Shown one piece after another: positions 1 to 11,889 of a stretch of DNA of 64,000 bases. Source of the DNA: Planctomycetota bacterium. GTDB lineage: Bacteria > Planctomycetota > UBA8108 > UBA1146 > JAJFFE01. The notes beneath the pieces were generated by a model. That model ran no database searches. It had not been told where the DNA came from and saw only the letters and a list, made by a program, of their open reading frames with translations. Location: NCBI GenBank assembly GCA_021776775.1, contig JAJFFE010000231.1, positions 35,844 through 99,843 on the forward strand, in the 5' to 3' direction. Numbering within the stretch: the first letter of the stretch is position 1; each line of letters opens with the position of its first letter. The translations under genes were made by a program, and so were the position numbers.

Positions 1-638
1 GTCAGTGAAAGATCGAAGTCGACCCGGAGAGCAGGAAGCGAACCTGTTTCCAAGTGAGTCACGTCGTTCAGATCTTCGAGCATCGACTGGATGCGCGTCA
101 GCGCGTGTCGCGTTTCGCGCAAGTTCGATTCGATCGAGTCACGATCGATCGACGGCGCCTCTAAGTCGTCGAGCGTGAGTTCGATCTGCGCCGTGGCGGC
201 GGTCAACGGACTTCGCATGTCGTGCGAAAGCAAGCGCGACAAGAGATCCTTGGTCCGCTCAACCGCACGAATCGAACTGACATCCTGGACGAGCAACGCG
301 CCATGTGGCACGTCGTCGATCGCGAGCGATACCAACTCCAAATGCACGTCGCATGGATTCGAGACGAACTTGCGCGGAAAACGAAAGTCGAGTTCGAAGT
401 GAAACGGTTCGTTGCCAATCTTCTGCGCGAAGACTTCGGCGAGCCCCGTCACACGCGTGCAAGGCGCGACCTCACGAAAGAAGTTCGAGCCGAGGACCTT
501 GCGACGAGGTCGACCGGAGAGTGCTTCTTCGTACTGGTTGTAGAAGACAACTCTTCCCGCGGCATCCAGCACCACTACACCGACCGGCAGCTCGTCGATC
601 GTCGCGGTAAGCGATGACGGTTCAAGAATCGAATCCAT
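1..638 (-). CDS. PYP-like PAS domain sensor histidine kinase (partial; 3' end runs off the left edge)
   Basis: Manually translated from ATG at 638; not in the ORF track. MDSILEPSSLTATIDELPVGVVVLDAAGRVVFYNQYEEALSGRPRRKVLGSNFFREVAPCT... is followed by the H-box LLSHDMRSPLT (His codon 222-224). No stop codon before position 1. Confidence 0.88.
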   Translation of the reverse strand, partial: MDSILEPSSLTATIDELPVGVVVLDAAGRVVFYNQYEEALSGRPRRKVLGSNFFREVAPCTRVTGLAEVFAQKIGNEPFHFELDFRFPRKFVSNPCDVHLELVSLAIDDVPHGALLVQDVSSIRAVERTKDLLSRLLSHDMRSPLTAATAQIELTLDDLEAPSIDRDSIESNLRETRHALTRIQSMLEDLNDVTHLETGSLPALRVDFDLSL

Positions 639-1060
639 AGCCGACCGACCATCCCGTGGTTCGAGAAAGGGGTACGCCAATATGGGGAAAGCGACCCACT
701 TGATCAAGCTCGGAGGTCGCCGCGCGAGAGTCTCGCGCGCTTCTCACGGTTGCGCAGCGACCTTCGAGGCGCTGGCTCCTGATTCATCGACGAGCTCGCG
801 CGCTGCAGAAGGGTCGCATGTCCTCGGTCTTGGGGGGAGCCTCCGTCGTGACGGCGGGGGGAACCTCGGCCGTTCGTTAATCTGGCGAGACCCTTGGCCT
901 GGTTTCGACGTCTCACCGCTACGGCCGCGCGGGCGGTCTGACAGAACCGTTTTGGGACCGACCGCCGCCGCAAGGGGCGACCTCGCCCGTCTGTGCGGAA
1001 AAACTCACCGTGAGATGTTGCGCCGAGATGGGTGGGACTCGGAGGCGGAATGATGGATGA

Positions 1061-3445
<2,385 letters not shown>

Positions 3446-3523
3446 TCACATACCGACTCCGTCGACGAGATTTTGGCGCGGCGGGCGCTGAGCTCACCGT
3501 CGGATGAGGATCACGAGACAAGT

Positions 3524-3567
3524 GCGAGAACCCCGTGGCTAACACCGCGGGGTTCTCGTGTTTTTTT
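3524..3567 (+). terminator. intrinsic terminator after katG
   Basis: GCGAGAACCCCGTGG-ctaaca-CCGCGGGGTTCTCGT stem followed by T7 (3561-3567), lying between convergent genes. Confidence 0.85.
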
Positions 3568-3581
3568 GGCTCGCCCGAGCG

Positions 3582-5159
3582 TCATCGGGCCGTGCTACGC
3601 TTCTCCAAGTCGTACTGCTGCCCCTTGCGCAGGACGACCGGGTCACTGCCCGACGCGTAGAACGAAACGGCCTGGTCGCCGATCACCTCGGCCGCGGTGC
3701 CACGAACAATGAGCGCGGTATCCTCGTCGACCCCGATGCCCAACATCTGCGGGTAGTTCTTCATCAATTCGACAAACGGTTCGTGGCGATTTCGTTGGAG
3801 AAAGTGGGCGTCGAGGATAACCCCCTCCAACAAACCGAGGCCGGTGGTATATCCGTCGTGGACGAGAGTGCGGTTTGTTCTGGGGTCCCCCCGCACCAAG
3901 AAGTCACCGGCCACTTGGCATCCGGCGGAACTACCGCCGACCACCCCACCTCGAGTGAGGACGTTTCGCATCAGCGCGTGACTCTTGGTGTGCTGGAACG
4001 AATCCATCATGCGATAGGTGCGACCGCCGTCGATCCAAACCCCGCTCGCCTTCTCCAACAACGCGAGCAGTCGAGGGTCCTTATCCGCTTGGTCGGGGTC
4101 ATTCGTATGAATCACGAACACGTTGGCACAACCGTGTTCACGCAGTTCTCGTGCACTGTAGGACCGAGGTTCGTCGCCGGGGTCGAACTCCGCCGCGCTC
4201 GGGATGCAAACGATGGTGGCGTCCTTACCCCCCGCCGCCTCGATGAAACGATTCCACGTCGGACTCTGAACGCCTCCGCCGCCACTGAGGACCAACGTCC
4301 CGCGCGGCACCTTGGGGGTCGGTGCGTTCTCGGGAGGAAACAGCGGTCCCATTCGATCCTGCGCGGAGCGCCGCCACGCGAGCAGATCGACGTCGTAGGA
4401 GAGTTCATCGCCGTACTCGAAGACGTCGACGGCGCGAATCGAAGCGCGGCGCTCGGGCCACCCTTTGGCACCCGCGACCTGCACCACGACTGAGCCGTTC
4501 CCAATGGCGCCGACGCGGCGTCCGTAGTGGATGACCAGCGCGGTCTCCTTGGGGATCTGCCACCCGACCAAGCCGTCGCCACCGGTGAGAATAGGGTCGA
4601 GTTCGCGCGCCGAGCCGCTTTCGTCCGACGTGTTCAAAAGGTGAACGCGAGAGCCGGGAAGAAGACCAAAGCCTTTCGATTTCTTGTCGACACTAAGATT
4701 CGCGAGCGCCATCGAACCGACGCCCTGTCCCCCGACCACCCCTCCGCGCGCGAGCACGTCGCGAAGCAGTGCCGCCGAAACAGTATTCCTCACCAACGCT
4801 TCGGCCTTGTCCTCGAACCAAACACCGCCAGCCTTCAACAGCGCGAGCGTCAGCTTCTTGTCGAGCTTCGCCTTCGCATGGATGACGGTGACCGAACGAG
4901 CACCGCGCAACTTCCAGCGGGCCGCAGATCGCGACTTACCCTTTGGCGCGACAACCACAATGTCTACCTCGAACCCGCCGCCGAGATGCAAAAACGCGTC
5001 GAGCACGGCGTCGGGAGTGTTGCCATGTCCGGCGAGCACCAGAGACCCCGCGATCGGACGGATCGGCTCGGGTGGAAAACTTTGGCGGGCAACGATGTTC
5101 GAGGGGGTAGCAACAAGCGCAAGGACGACGAGGTAGCCAGCAAGTTGGGCGAATCTCAT
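3582..5159 (-). CDS. secreted cyanophycinase-like peptidase (S51 family) with two tandem domains
   Basis: The C-terminal domain has GTLVLSGGG, GGSSAG (Ser nucleophile), DAHFLQRNR and GIGVDEDTAL. The N-terminal copy is degenerate (GGQGVG). Signal-peptide-like start MRFAQLAGYLVVLALVA. Confidence 0.85.
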   Translation of the reverse strand: MRFAQLAGYLVVLALVATPSNIVARQSFPPEPIRPIAGSLVLAGHGNTPDAVLDAFLHLGGGFEVDIVVVAPKGKSRSAARWKLRGARSVTVIHAKAKLDKKLTLALLKAGGVWFEDKAEALVRNTVSAALLRDVLARGGVVGGQGVGSMALANLSVDKKSKGFGLLPGSRVHLLNTSDESGSARELDPILTGGDGLVGWQIPKETALVIHYGRRVGAIGNGSVVVQVAGAKGWPERRASIRAVDVFEYGDELSYDVDLLAWRRSAQDRMGPLFPPENAPTPKVPRGTLVLSGGGGVQSPTWNRFIEAAGGKDATIVCIPSAAEFDPGDEPRSYSARELREHGCANVFVIHTNDPDQADKDPRLLALLEKASGVWIDGGRTYRMMDSFQHTKSHALMRNVLTRGGVVGGSSAGCQVAGDFLVRGDPRTNRTLVHDGYTTGLGLLEGVILDAHFLQRNRHEPFVELMKNYPQMLGIGVDEDTALIVRGTAAEVIGDQAVSFYASGSDPVVLRKGQQYDLEKRSTAR

Positions 5160-5296
5160 AGTGACAAGGCCCCTTGATCTCGAGGGTAGAGGTCGCAAGA
5201 AATCATGACGGAGAGAGTAGACTCCGCCCAACGTGACCCCGCCTCCGCGACGGAACCGTCAATCGTCGGCGAGTGTGTGGACCGATATGGTAACTC

Positions 5297-6172
5297 TCAC
5301 GAGTCGCGCTCTGCGAGGACCGTTTCGAGGACACGTCGGGAGTTCTCGAGCAGGATGGGGTCGTCACTCGGCTTGGCCAGAGTAATAAGAGCCTTCCAAA
5401 GTGCCCACGCTCGACCGCGCAACCACGTCGCCTCGTCGAGCGCAAGCGACTCACGAAAGGCGCGCCGACAATCGTCGTCGAAGAACGTCCACGCGATCGT
5501 CAAGTCGCACGCCGGATCACCGACCGCCGAGCAACCAAAATCGATGACCGCGCTCAGCCGCCCGTCTCTGACCAAGAGATTCGTGGCGGCGACGTCACCG
5601 TGCACCCAAACGCGCCGACGATTCCACGACGTTTTCAGCGCCTCCTCCCACAGTTCCGTGGCTTCATTCGCCGCGATCGTTCCCTGCAACGTTTCAATCG
5701 CGTCTCGTGTTTCGGCGCTGTAGGTCGTGAGTGCGCCGCCACGGTAGAAGTTGTGTGCGCCCGGAGCGGGACCGCCCGTCGAGTCGATTCGATGAAGAGC
5801 GACGAAGAAGCTAGCCAACGAAGTCGCGAACTCCGCCGGGGCGCCGATCCGGTCGAGGCTAGCGTTGTCACCTTCCAACCAGCGATAGATCGACCAGTGC
5901 CAAGGATAGAGGTCGCAAGGGAGCCCCAGGGCGAGCGGCGCAGGAATCGGAAGCGGTAGCTCGGGCGCGAGTTTCGGCAACCAACGCTGCTCCTTCGCGA
6001 CTTGCTCCGCGTAGGGTTCGGCGCTGGGCAATCGGACGGACATCGAGCGGCCCAGACGGAATGTCCGATTATCCCAACCGTCGAACTCCACCGGCTCGAC
6101 GGCGAGGTGCGACCACTGAGGAAACTGGGACCGAAGCAACCGCTCGACGAGCGAAGTATTGATCTGCACCAC
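5297..6172 (-). CDS. aminoglycoside phosphotransferase (APH)-family kinase
   Basis: GWDNRTFRLG, VRLPS, KEQRWLP, WVHGDVAATN, VIDFG and GDPACDL motifs. Confidence 0.9.
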   Translation of the reverse strand: MVQINTSLVERLLRSQFPQWSHLAVEPVEFDGWDNRTFRLGRSMSVRLPSAEPYAEQVAKEQRWLPKLAPELPLPIPAPLALGLPCDLYPWHWSIYRWLEGDNASLDRIGAPAEFATSLASFFVALHRIDSTGGPAPGAHNFYRGGALTTYSAETRDAIETLQGTIAANEATELWEEALKTSWNRRRVWVHGDVAATNLLVRDGRLSAVIDFGCSAVGDPACDLTIAWTFFDDDCRRAFRESLALDEATWLRGRAWALWKALITLAKPSDDPILLENSRRVLETVLAERDS

Positions 6173-6344
6173 CCTAGTTCTCCCTTCGCGATCACCCTCC
6201 CGCAGGCGACGGATGACTTAACCGTCCCGGTCTCGCACATTTGGATTGGTCGTCGAAATTTCGTCACAGGCAATAGGTCGACACGCCGCGAGCTTCTATG
6301 ATGAGAGCTTCCAGACATAACCTAAAACCGTACTCGGAGACACC

Positions 6345-7250
6345 ATGCGCCCCGTTCTGATTCTCTTGGCCCTCAGTCTGCCGTCTCTCGCCACCGCTCA
6401 ATCCACGTTCACGGAGACATTCGACACCGGTAACGAGGGAGCGTGGAACTTTGGCCCGCCGGCGGTCATCGAAGCCACGGGCGGGAACCCCAGCGCATAC
6501 CTCTACGAACCTCTACTCGACACCTTCGCCCCGCAACCTCGGACCACGGCGGACTCGGTGTTCTCGGGAGACTACCGCGCTCGAGACGTAAGCTCGGTCA
6601 GCGTCGACCTCATCACGTACGACGCCGGCACCACCGGCGGACGCCCGCTATCGATCATGCTCTACTTCGACAACGGAACCGCCGGAGTGGACGATGACTT
6701 TGCCGCGTACTTCATGCACGCCAACAACATTCCCGCGGTCGGAGCCGGTTGGCAGACGTACACCTTCGACATCCCGGCTCAGGAGACATCACTCCCCGCG
6801 GGTTGGGGATTGTGGTCGTCCGGTGCGCCCGGCGTGACTCCCGATTGGAACGTCGCCGTGCAAAACGTAACGAGCCTGCGATTCTTCTACGGGAACCCGG
6901 AGTACTTCTTTATCTTCCAACAGTGGGAACTCGGTCTCGACAACCCGTCGATCACCGAAGCCGGCTCGACGAACCCAATCTTCGTGCGCGGCGACTGCAA
7001 CGCTGACGGAGCGATCGACATCGGCGACCCGGTCTCCGAGCTGCAGATCCTGTTCACGCCGGGAACCGACCCCTCGCTGTGCGACAGCGCATGCGACGCC
7101 AATGATGACGGTGGCACGGACATCTCAGACACCATCTATCTGCTCTCGTTCCTCTTCTCGACCGGTCCGGCGATTCCCGCCCCCGTAACCTGCGGCGAAG
7201 ATCCGACGGTGGATACACTCACCTGTAACGAGTTCGATAGCTGCCCGTAA
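6345..7250 (+). CDS. secreted protein with C-terminal dockerin-like module
   Basis: Signal peptide MRPVLILLALSLPSLATA, a beta-rich N-domain, and C-terminal FVRGDCNADGAIDIGD...CDSACDANDDGGTDISD...CGEDPTVDTLTC. GGAG RBS. Confidence 0.85.
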   Translation: MRPVLILLALSLPSLATAQSTFTETFDTGNEGAWNFGPPAVIEATGGNPSAYLYEPLLDTFAPQPRTTADSVFSGDYRARDVSSVSVDLITYDAGTTGGRPLSIMLYFDNGTAGVDDDFAAYFMHANNIPAVGAGWQTYTFDIPAQETSLPAGWGLWSSGAPGVTPDWNVAVQNVTSLRFFYGNPEYFFIFQQWELGLDNPSITEAGSTNPIFVRGDCNADGAIDIGDPVSELQILFTPGTDPSLCDSACDANDDGGTDISDTIYLLSFLFSTGPAIPAPVTCGEDPTVDTLTCNEFDSCP

Positions 7251-7680
7251 CGCTGTTCGATGTGGCGCGTCACCGAATGGCTGGCGCGCCCGTATCGATC
7301 TCCTCCTCCCGAGCCAACGGACAAGCGCGAGATGCCACCCTCGACGGAAGGAGGCTGCCGGTCGTCAAAACAACTAACGCAGCGATATTCCTCAAGGTCT
7401 CGGGACCGTGTATGCCGATTCCAATAAGCGGCACCCGTTGGCACGCTGCGTTCTATCACCGCGCCGAGTCACCCGGGAAACTGCGCCCTCTTCGCGTGGG
7501 GGCAATCCGGGCCGTTGTGCCATCCCAGTAATGGCAAACGGTGTCGCATGACTGAGAATTTGCTACCCGCGGAATAGTTCGAGTTCCCGACAAGGTCGAA
7601 GCGATCGTGCAAGTCTCGCCGAAATGTCGTCAGCAGCAGTAGCTTCAACGAGTCGCAGTCCGAACAGCGAAGGTCTGAAC

Positions 7681-9114
7681 ATGTTCATGAGAATGGTCTA
7701 CGACGAAAAACTCGCCCAGGCCGCGTACCTCATCGGATGCCAACGAACCGGCGAAGCGGTCGTGATCGACCCCGAACGCGACGTGGATAGATACATGGAT
7801 CTCGCGAAGGCGAACGGTCTACGGCTCGTCGCAACCGCCGAAACGCACATTCACGCGGACTTTCTATCGGGCTCCCGTGAGCTCGGGGAGCAAGGCGCAA
7901 AGGTGTACGTGTCCGATGAAGGCGACGCGGACTGGAAGTACGAGTGGCTGGAGCAAAAATCGGGCGGTGGCGCCTACGACTACGCTCTGCTTCACGACGG
8001 CGACACCTTCTCGATCGGCAACATCGATTTCCTAGCCATGCACACGCCAGGACACACGCCCGAGCACCTCTCCTTTCTCATCACTGACCGTGGCTCGGGA
8101 GCAACGGCCCCTATCGCAATGGCGACCGGAGACTTTGTGTTTGTTGGCGACCTCGGACGCCCCGATCTCCTCGAGACAGCCGCCGGACTTAGCGGTGCGA
8201 TGGAGCCGGCCGCACGCCAACTCTTCGATACCGTCGGAAAACTCCGTGACATTCCCGACTTCGTCCAAGTTTGGCCAGCCCACGGCGCGGGCAGTGCCTG
8301 TGGAAAGTCCCTCGGTGCTGTCCCGTCCAGCACCATCGGATACGAGAAGCGTTTCAATCCGGCGATTCTAGCCAGCGAGACGGAACAGGGTTTCGTCGAC
8401 TACATCCTGGCCGGGCAACCGGAGCCTCCGCTGTACTTCGCGAACATGAAACGCGACAACAAACGCGGCCCAAAGATCCTTGGCTGCCTACCAACGCCAC
8501 CGCAAATCACTGTAGAACAGCTTCGCAATCTCGACGCAAACTCCGTGGCGATCGTCGACACCCGACCGTGGGCGGCATTTAGGTCGGGACACATCAACCA
8601 TTCCCTTTCGATTCCTCTTCGCCAATCGTTCAACACAGACGCCGGATCGTTCTTGTCCGACGAACAAGAAATCTACCTGATAGTCGAACCGACGAGGGTA
8701 GACGAGGCGGTGCGTGACCTGGTGCGTGTCGGATTGGACCGGATGAGTGGTTGGTTCGACGCGAACGAACTCGAACAGTATCGAAGCAACGATACGCCGC
8801 TAACGACGCTGGCCGAAGTCACTCCGGTCGAGGCGCTAGCGATGCTCGAAAGTCCTCGTGTGCAGGTGCTCGATGTGCGGCGAGCGACCGAATTCTCCGA
8901 CGGCCACCTTCCGAATGCCATCAACGTCGCGCACACCCGACTCGCGGCCCATCTCGACGAAGTCCCGAGAGACAAACAGCTGCTGGTTCAATGCCGAACC
9001 GGAGTCCGCTCCGCGAGCAGCGCGTCCTTCCTAAAGCGGATGGGGTATGAGGTCGTGAATCTGAAAGGCGGAATCCTCGCCTGGGAACAAATGCGTGATC
9101 TTGCAGCGGGCTAA
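7681..9114 (+). CDS. persulfide dioxygenase (MBL fold)-rhodanese fusion, CstB-like
   Basis: ETHIHADF, HTPGHTPEH, GDFVFVGDLGRPDL and PAHGAGSACG, then a pseudo-rhodanese domain and an active rhodanese domain (LDVR...QCRTGVRS...NLKGGILAW). Confidence 0.9.
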   Translation: MFMRMVYDEKLAQAAYLIGCQRTGEAVVIDPERDVDRYMDLAKANGLRLVATAETHIHADFLSGSRELGEQGAKVYVSDEGDADWKYEWLEQKSGGGAYDYALLHDGDTFSIGNIDFLAMHTPGHTPEHLSFLITDRGSGATAPIAMATGDFVFVGDLGRPDLLETAAGLSGAMEPAARQLFDTVGKLRDIPDFVQVWPAHGAGSACGKSLGAVPSSTIGYEKRFNPAILASETEQGFVDYILAGQPEPPLYFANMKRDNKRGPKILGCLPTPPQITVEQLRNLDANSVAIVDTRPWAAFRSGHINHSLSIPLRQSFNTDAGSFLSDEQEIYLIVEPTRVDEAVRDLVRVGLDRMSGWFDANELEQYRSNDTPLTTLAEVTPVEALAMLESPRVQVLDVRRATEFSDGHLPNAINVAHTRLAAHLDEVPRDKQLLVQCRTGVRSASSASFLKRMGYEVVNLKGGILAWEQMRDLAAG

Positions 9115-9228
9115 CCCGAGCGACTCCCGACGTGAAACCGGGCTCGCATGGCGCTCGTCCGCGCGTCTAACCACGACTCACATCCATGGATTTGTCATCG
9201 GAACGCACCCAGGACTCGAGGTAGAAAC

Positions 9229-10080
9229 GTGATCTTTGTTCTTCTCGGGGCCCTGGTGATAGGGCTGTCTCTCGGCGTGTTCGGGTCGGGGGGGTCGGTC
9301 TTGACCGTGCCAGTACTGCTCTACCTTCTCCATCACGAAGACAAGGTTGCGATCGCGGAATCCCTCGGGATCGTCGGAGCAATCGCGCTGGTGAGCGCGA
9401 TTCCGTACGCCCGAGCGCGGCTCGTCCATTGGCCAACCGCATTCCTCTTCGGCGTCCCAGGGATGCTGGGTACCTACGTCGGAGCGTGGATCGCCAGCTA
9501 CGTCACCGGACAATTACAGATCATGGTGTTCGCCGGAACCATGTTCTTGGCCGCGTTCCTGATGTGGCGTAACAGTCATCCCTCGCCATCGGAGTGGACT
9601 CCGAGCGAGAAACTACCGGTGCCGAAGATCGCCGCCGAAGGCTTCGCCGTCGGTGCGCTGACTGGATTCGTCGGAGTGGGCGGAGGTTTCATGATCGTTC
9701 CCGCGCTGGTGCTGCTCGGCGGTCTACCGGTAAAACGCGCGGTCGCAACGAGCTTGATCATCATCGCGATGAAATCGACCACCGGGTTCTGGAAATACCT
9801 GCGGACGCTCGACGAAATGAACCTTTCCATCGACTGGACCGTATTCGTCACCTTCGTCGTCATCGGTGCGCTCGGCAGCCTCGTCGGCAAACAGCTCAAC
9901 GCCAGAATCGCTCCGAACATTCTTCAACGCGCATTCGCCATCTTCTTGGTCGCTATGTCTCTCCTCGTCCTAGCGAGAGAGAGCTGGTCGATCATCGCAA
10001 TCACGTCGACAGTCCCGGCCGAGGTCCCCATCCGAATCGCACACCAAGACCACTGTCACACTGAGCAGGAATTCCGATGA
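9229..10080 (+). CDS. sulfite exporter TauE/SafE family protein
   Basis: Hydrophobic protein with the repeated motifs GVFGSGGSVLTVP and GFVGVGGGFMIVPAL, and AVATSL. GTG start after GAGGT. Confidence 0.92.
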   Translation: MIFVLLGALVIGLSLGVFGSGGSVLTVPVLLYLLHHEDKVAIAESLGIVGAIALVSAIPYARARLVHWPTAFLFGVPGMLGTYVGAWIASYVTGQLQIMVFAGTMFLAAFLMWRNSHPSPSEWTPSEKLPVPKIAAEGFAVGALTGFVGVGGGFMIVPALVLLGGLPVKRAVATSLIIIAMKSTTGFWKYLRTLDEMNLSIDWTVFVTFVVIGALGSLVGKQLNARIAPNILQRAFAIFLVAMSLLVLARESWSIIAITSTVPAEVPIRIAHQDHCHTEQEFR

Positions 10081-11837
10081 CTAGACTCTCTCGACGAAAC
10101 CGCCGCGCGGGCGCCATCGTGTCCGCTGCCGCGCTGGCTCTGACAAGTCTTCTCCTCCCTGCGCGATCCAACGACGTCCCGGTGCAATCCGCTGACGTCC
10201 CGGTGCTCGGTCCCGTGACCGCACTCATCGACGGCTGCTTTGCCACTTCGCCGACGTGCGCTATGTGCCACTCGTCGTCGGAGAATGCGACCGCGATGCG
10301 CGACGCGAAGGGTCGGTCTGTTGCTCCCTTCGATTTGTGGCGTTCCTCGATGATGGCCAACTCCGCTCGCGACCCACTGTGGCGGGCCGTGGTCTCGGCG
10401 GAAGTTGCCGAGAATCCGAAAGCGAAGGCCGCGATCGAAGCGAAGTGTCTCCGCTGCCACTCGCCCATGGCGTCCACCGAGAAGAAGCATGCGGGCACGA
10501 GCATCGCTCTCAGCGAGATCTACGACCGAAAAGCGCGGCACAACGAACTCGCCCTCGACGGCGTCTCCTGCACAATGTGCCACCAGATCGAGCCCGATAA
10601 CCTTGGCAAACCGGAGAGCTTCAGCGGCGGCTACGACATCGCTTCGGAGTCACGCATCTACGGTCCGCACAAGTCGCCGTTCTCGATGCCGATGCAACGA
10701 TTCAGTGAGTTCGTTCCGACCTACGGTGAGCACATCAACGCGTCGGCACTCTGCGCCACGTGTCATACGCTGACCACCCACGCCCTCGACGATGACGGGA
10801 AGGCGACCGCACACAACTACCTAGAGCAGTCCCCCTACCTAGAGTGGCAGAATTCGGCGTTCAATGACGAAGGAGACTCCCCCGGAAGCGAAGCGGCCAG
10901 CTGCCAAAACTGTCACGTCCCTCGGTACGACGTCGACGGGAACGTGATCCGAACCCGCATCGCTCGAAACCCGGGTGGGTTCGACTTTCCTCCCGTGCAG
11001 GAACGCGAACCGTTCGGCCGGCACATCTTCGTCGGCGCAAACACACTCGTGCCCGCGATCCTCCGCGACTACGCTGACGAGTTGGGTTCGATTGCCCCCA
11101 AGGAAGCGTTCGACGCCACCATTGCAGCGGCGCGAAATCAACTACGAACCCGAACCGCTCGCCTCGAGGTCGACGCGGTCGGAGTCAGAGACGGCCGGCT
11201 CGACGTGAACGTCACGGTACTCAATCTCGCCGGCCACAAGTTCCCCAGCGGCCACCCCACGAGACGGGCCTGGTTGCGCGTCGTCGTACGGGATAAAAAC
11301 GACACGTTGGTCTTCGCTTCGGGGGACTACGATGAGAACGGACGGTTGCGCGCATCCAACAGCGCGGTGCTCGGCTCAGAAGTCCGGGGAGGTCCGGTTC
11401 AGCCTCACGCCCAAATCATCCGCAACTCTGATCAGGTCCAGATCTACGAAGCGGTCATGGAAGACCAGGCCGGCCAAGTCACCTTCGGTCTCATGCGAGC
11501 GGTATCCAATCGCAAAGACAACCGACTGCTACCAAAAGGGTGGGTCGCCGAGCACGCCAACGGCCCCGCCACCGCTCCGGTTGGGCTCGGAGGAGATACC
11601 GACTTCGCGGGAGGACGCGATACCGTGTTGTATTCGATTCCGATACCGGACGCGACAGTGGGCCCGTGGTCGACCGAGGTAACCCTGCTGTACCAGACCC
11701 TGGGCTCTCGTTATGCCGACGAGCTACGCAAGTGGGACACCCCAGAGATGCGTACGTTCTTCCGGTACTACGACTCTACGGCTAGACCTCCGGAAGTTGT
11801 CGCGCAACTGTCCAAGTCCATCGGCCTCGGCAAGTGA
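10077..11837 (+). CDS. exported multiheme (5 x CxxCH) cytochrome c
   Basis: CAMCH, CLRCH, CTMCH, CATCH and CQNCH; N-terminal basic plus hydrophobic export signal; C-terminal beta-rich domain with GHKFPSG. ATGA overlap with the TauE gene. Confidence 0.9.
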   Translation: MTRLSRRNRRAGAIVSAAALALTSLLLPARSNDVPVQSADVPVLGPVTALIDGCFATSPTCAMCHSSSENATAMRDAKGRSVAPFDLWRSSMMANSARDPLWRAVVSAEVAENPKAKAAIEAKCLRCHSPMASTEKKHAGTSIALSEIYDRKARHNELALDGVSCTMCHQIEPDNLGKPESFSGGYDIASESRIYGPHKSPFSMPMQRFSEFVPTYGEHINASALCATCHTLTTHALDDDGKATAHNYLEQSPYLEWQNSAFNDEGDSPGSEAASCQNCHVPRYDVDGNVIRTRIARNPGGFDFPPVQEREPFGRHIFVGANTLVPAILRDYADELGSIAPKEAFDATIAAARNQLRTRTARLEVDAVGVRDGRLDVNVTVLNLAGHKFPSGHPTRRAWLRVVVRDKNDTLVFASGDYDENGRLRASNSAVLGSEVRGGPVQPHAQIIRNSDQVQIYEAVMEDQAGQVTFGLMRAVSNRKDNRLLPKGWVAEHANGPATAPVGLGGDTDFAGGRDTVLYSIPIPDATVGPWSTEVTLLYQTLGSRYADELRKWDTPEMRTFFRYYDSTARPPEVVAQLSKSIGLGK

Positions 11838-11889
11838 CGAATCTCTCATGAAGCGCAACCGGCGCAGGCTGCGCTTCATGAACGAAACG

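Noticed and set aside
3558-4493. 311-aa plus-strand ORF and other long antisense ORFs (e.g. 1385-2479, 21310-22296, 27830-28885, 62103-63020)
   Set aside because: They lie opposite well-supported genes, as expected from codon bias in GC-rich DNA.
5297-6172. Acquired antibiotic-resistance gene
   Set aside because: Generic APH-family kinase with no mobile context; the substrate cannot be inferred.
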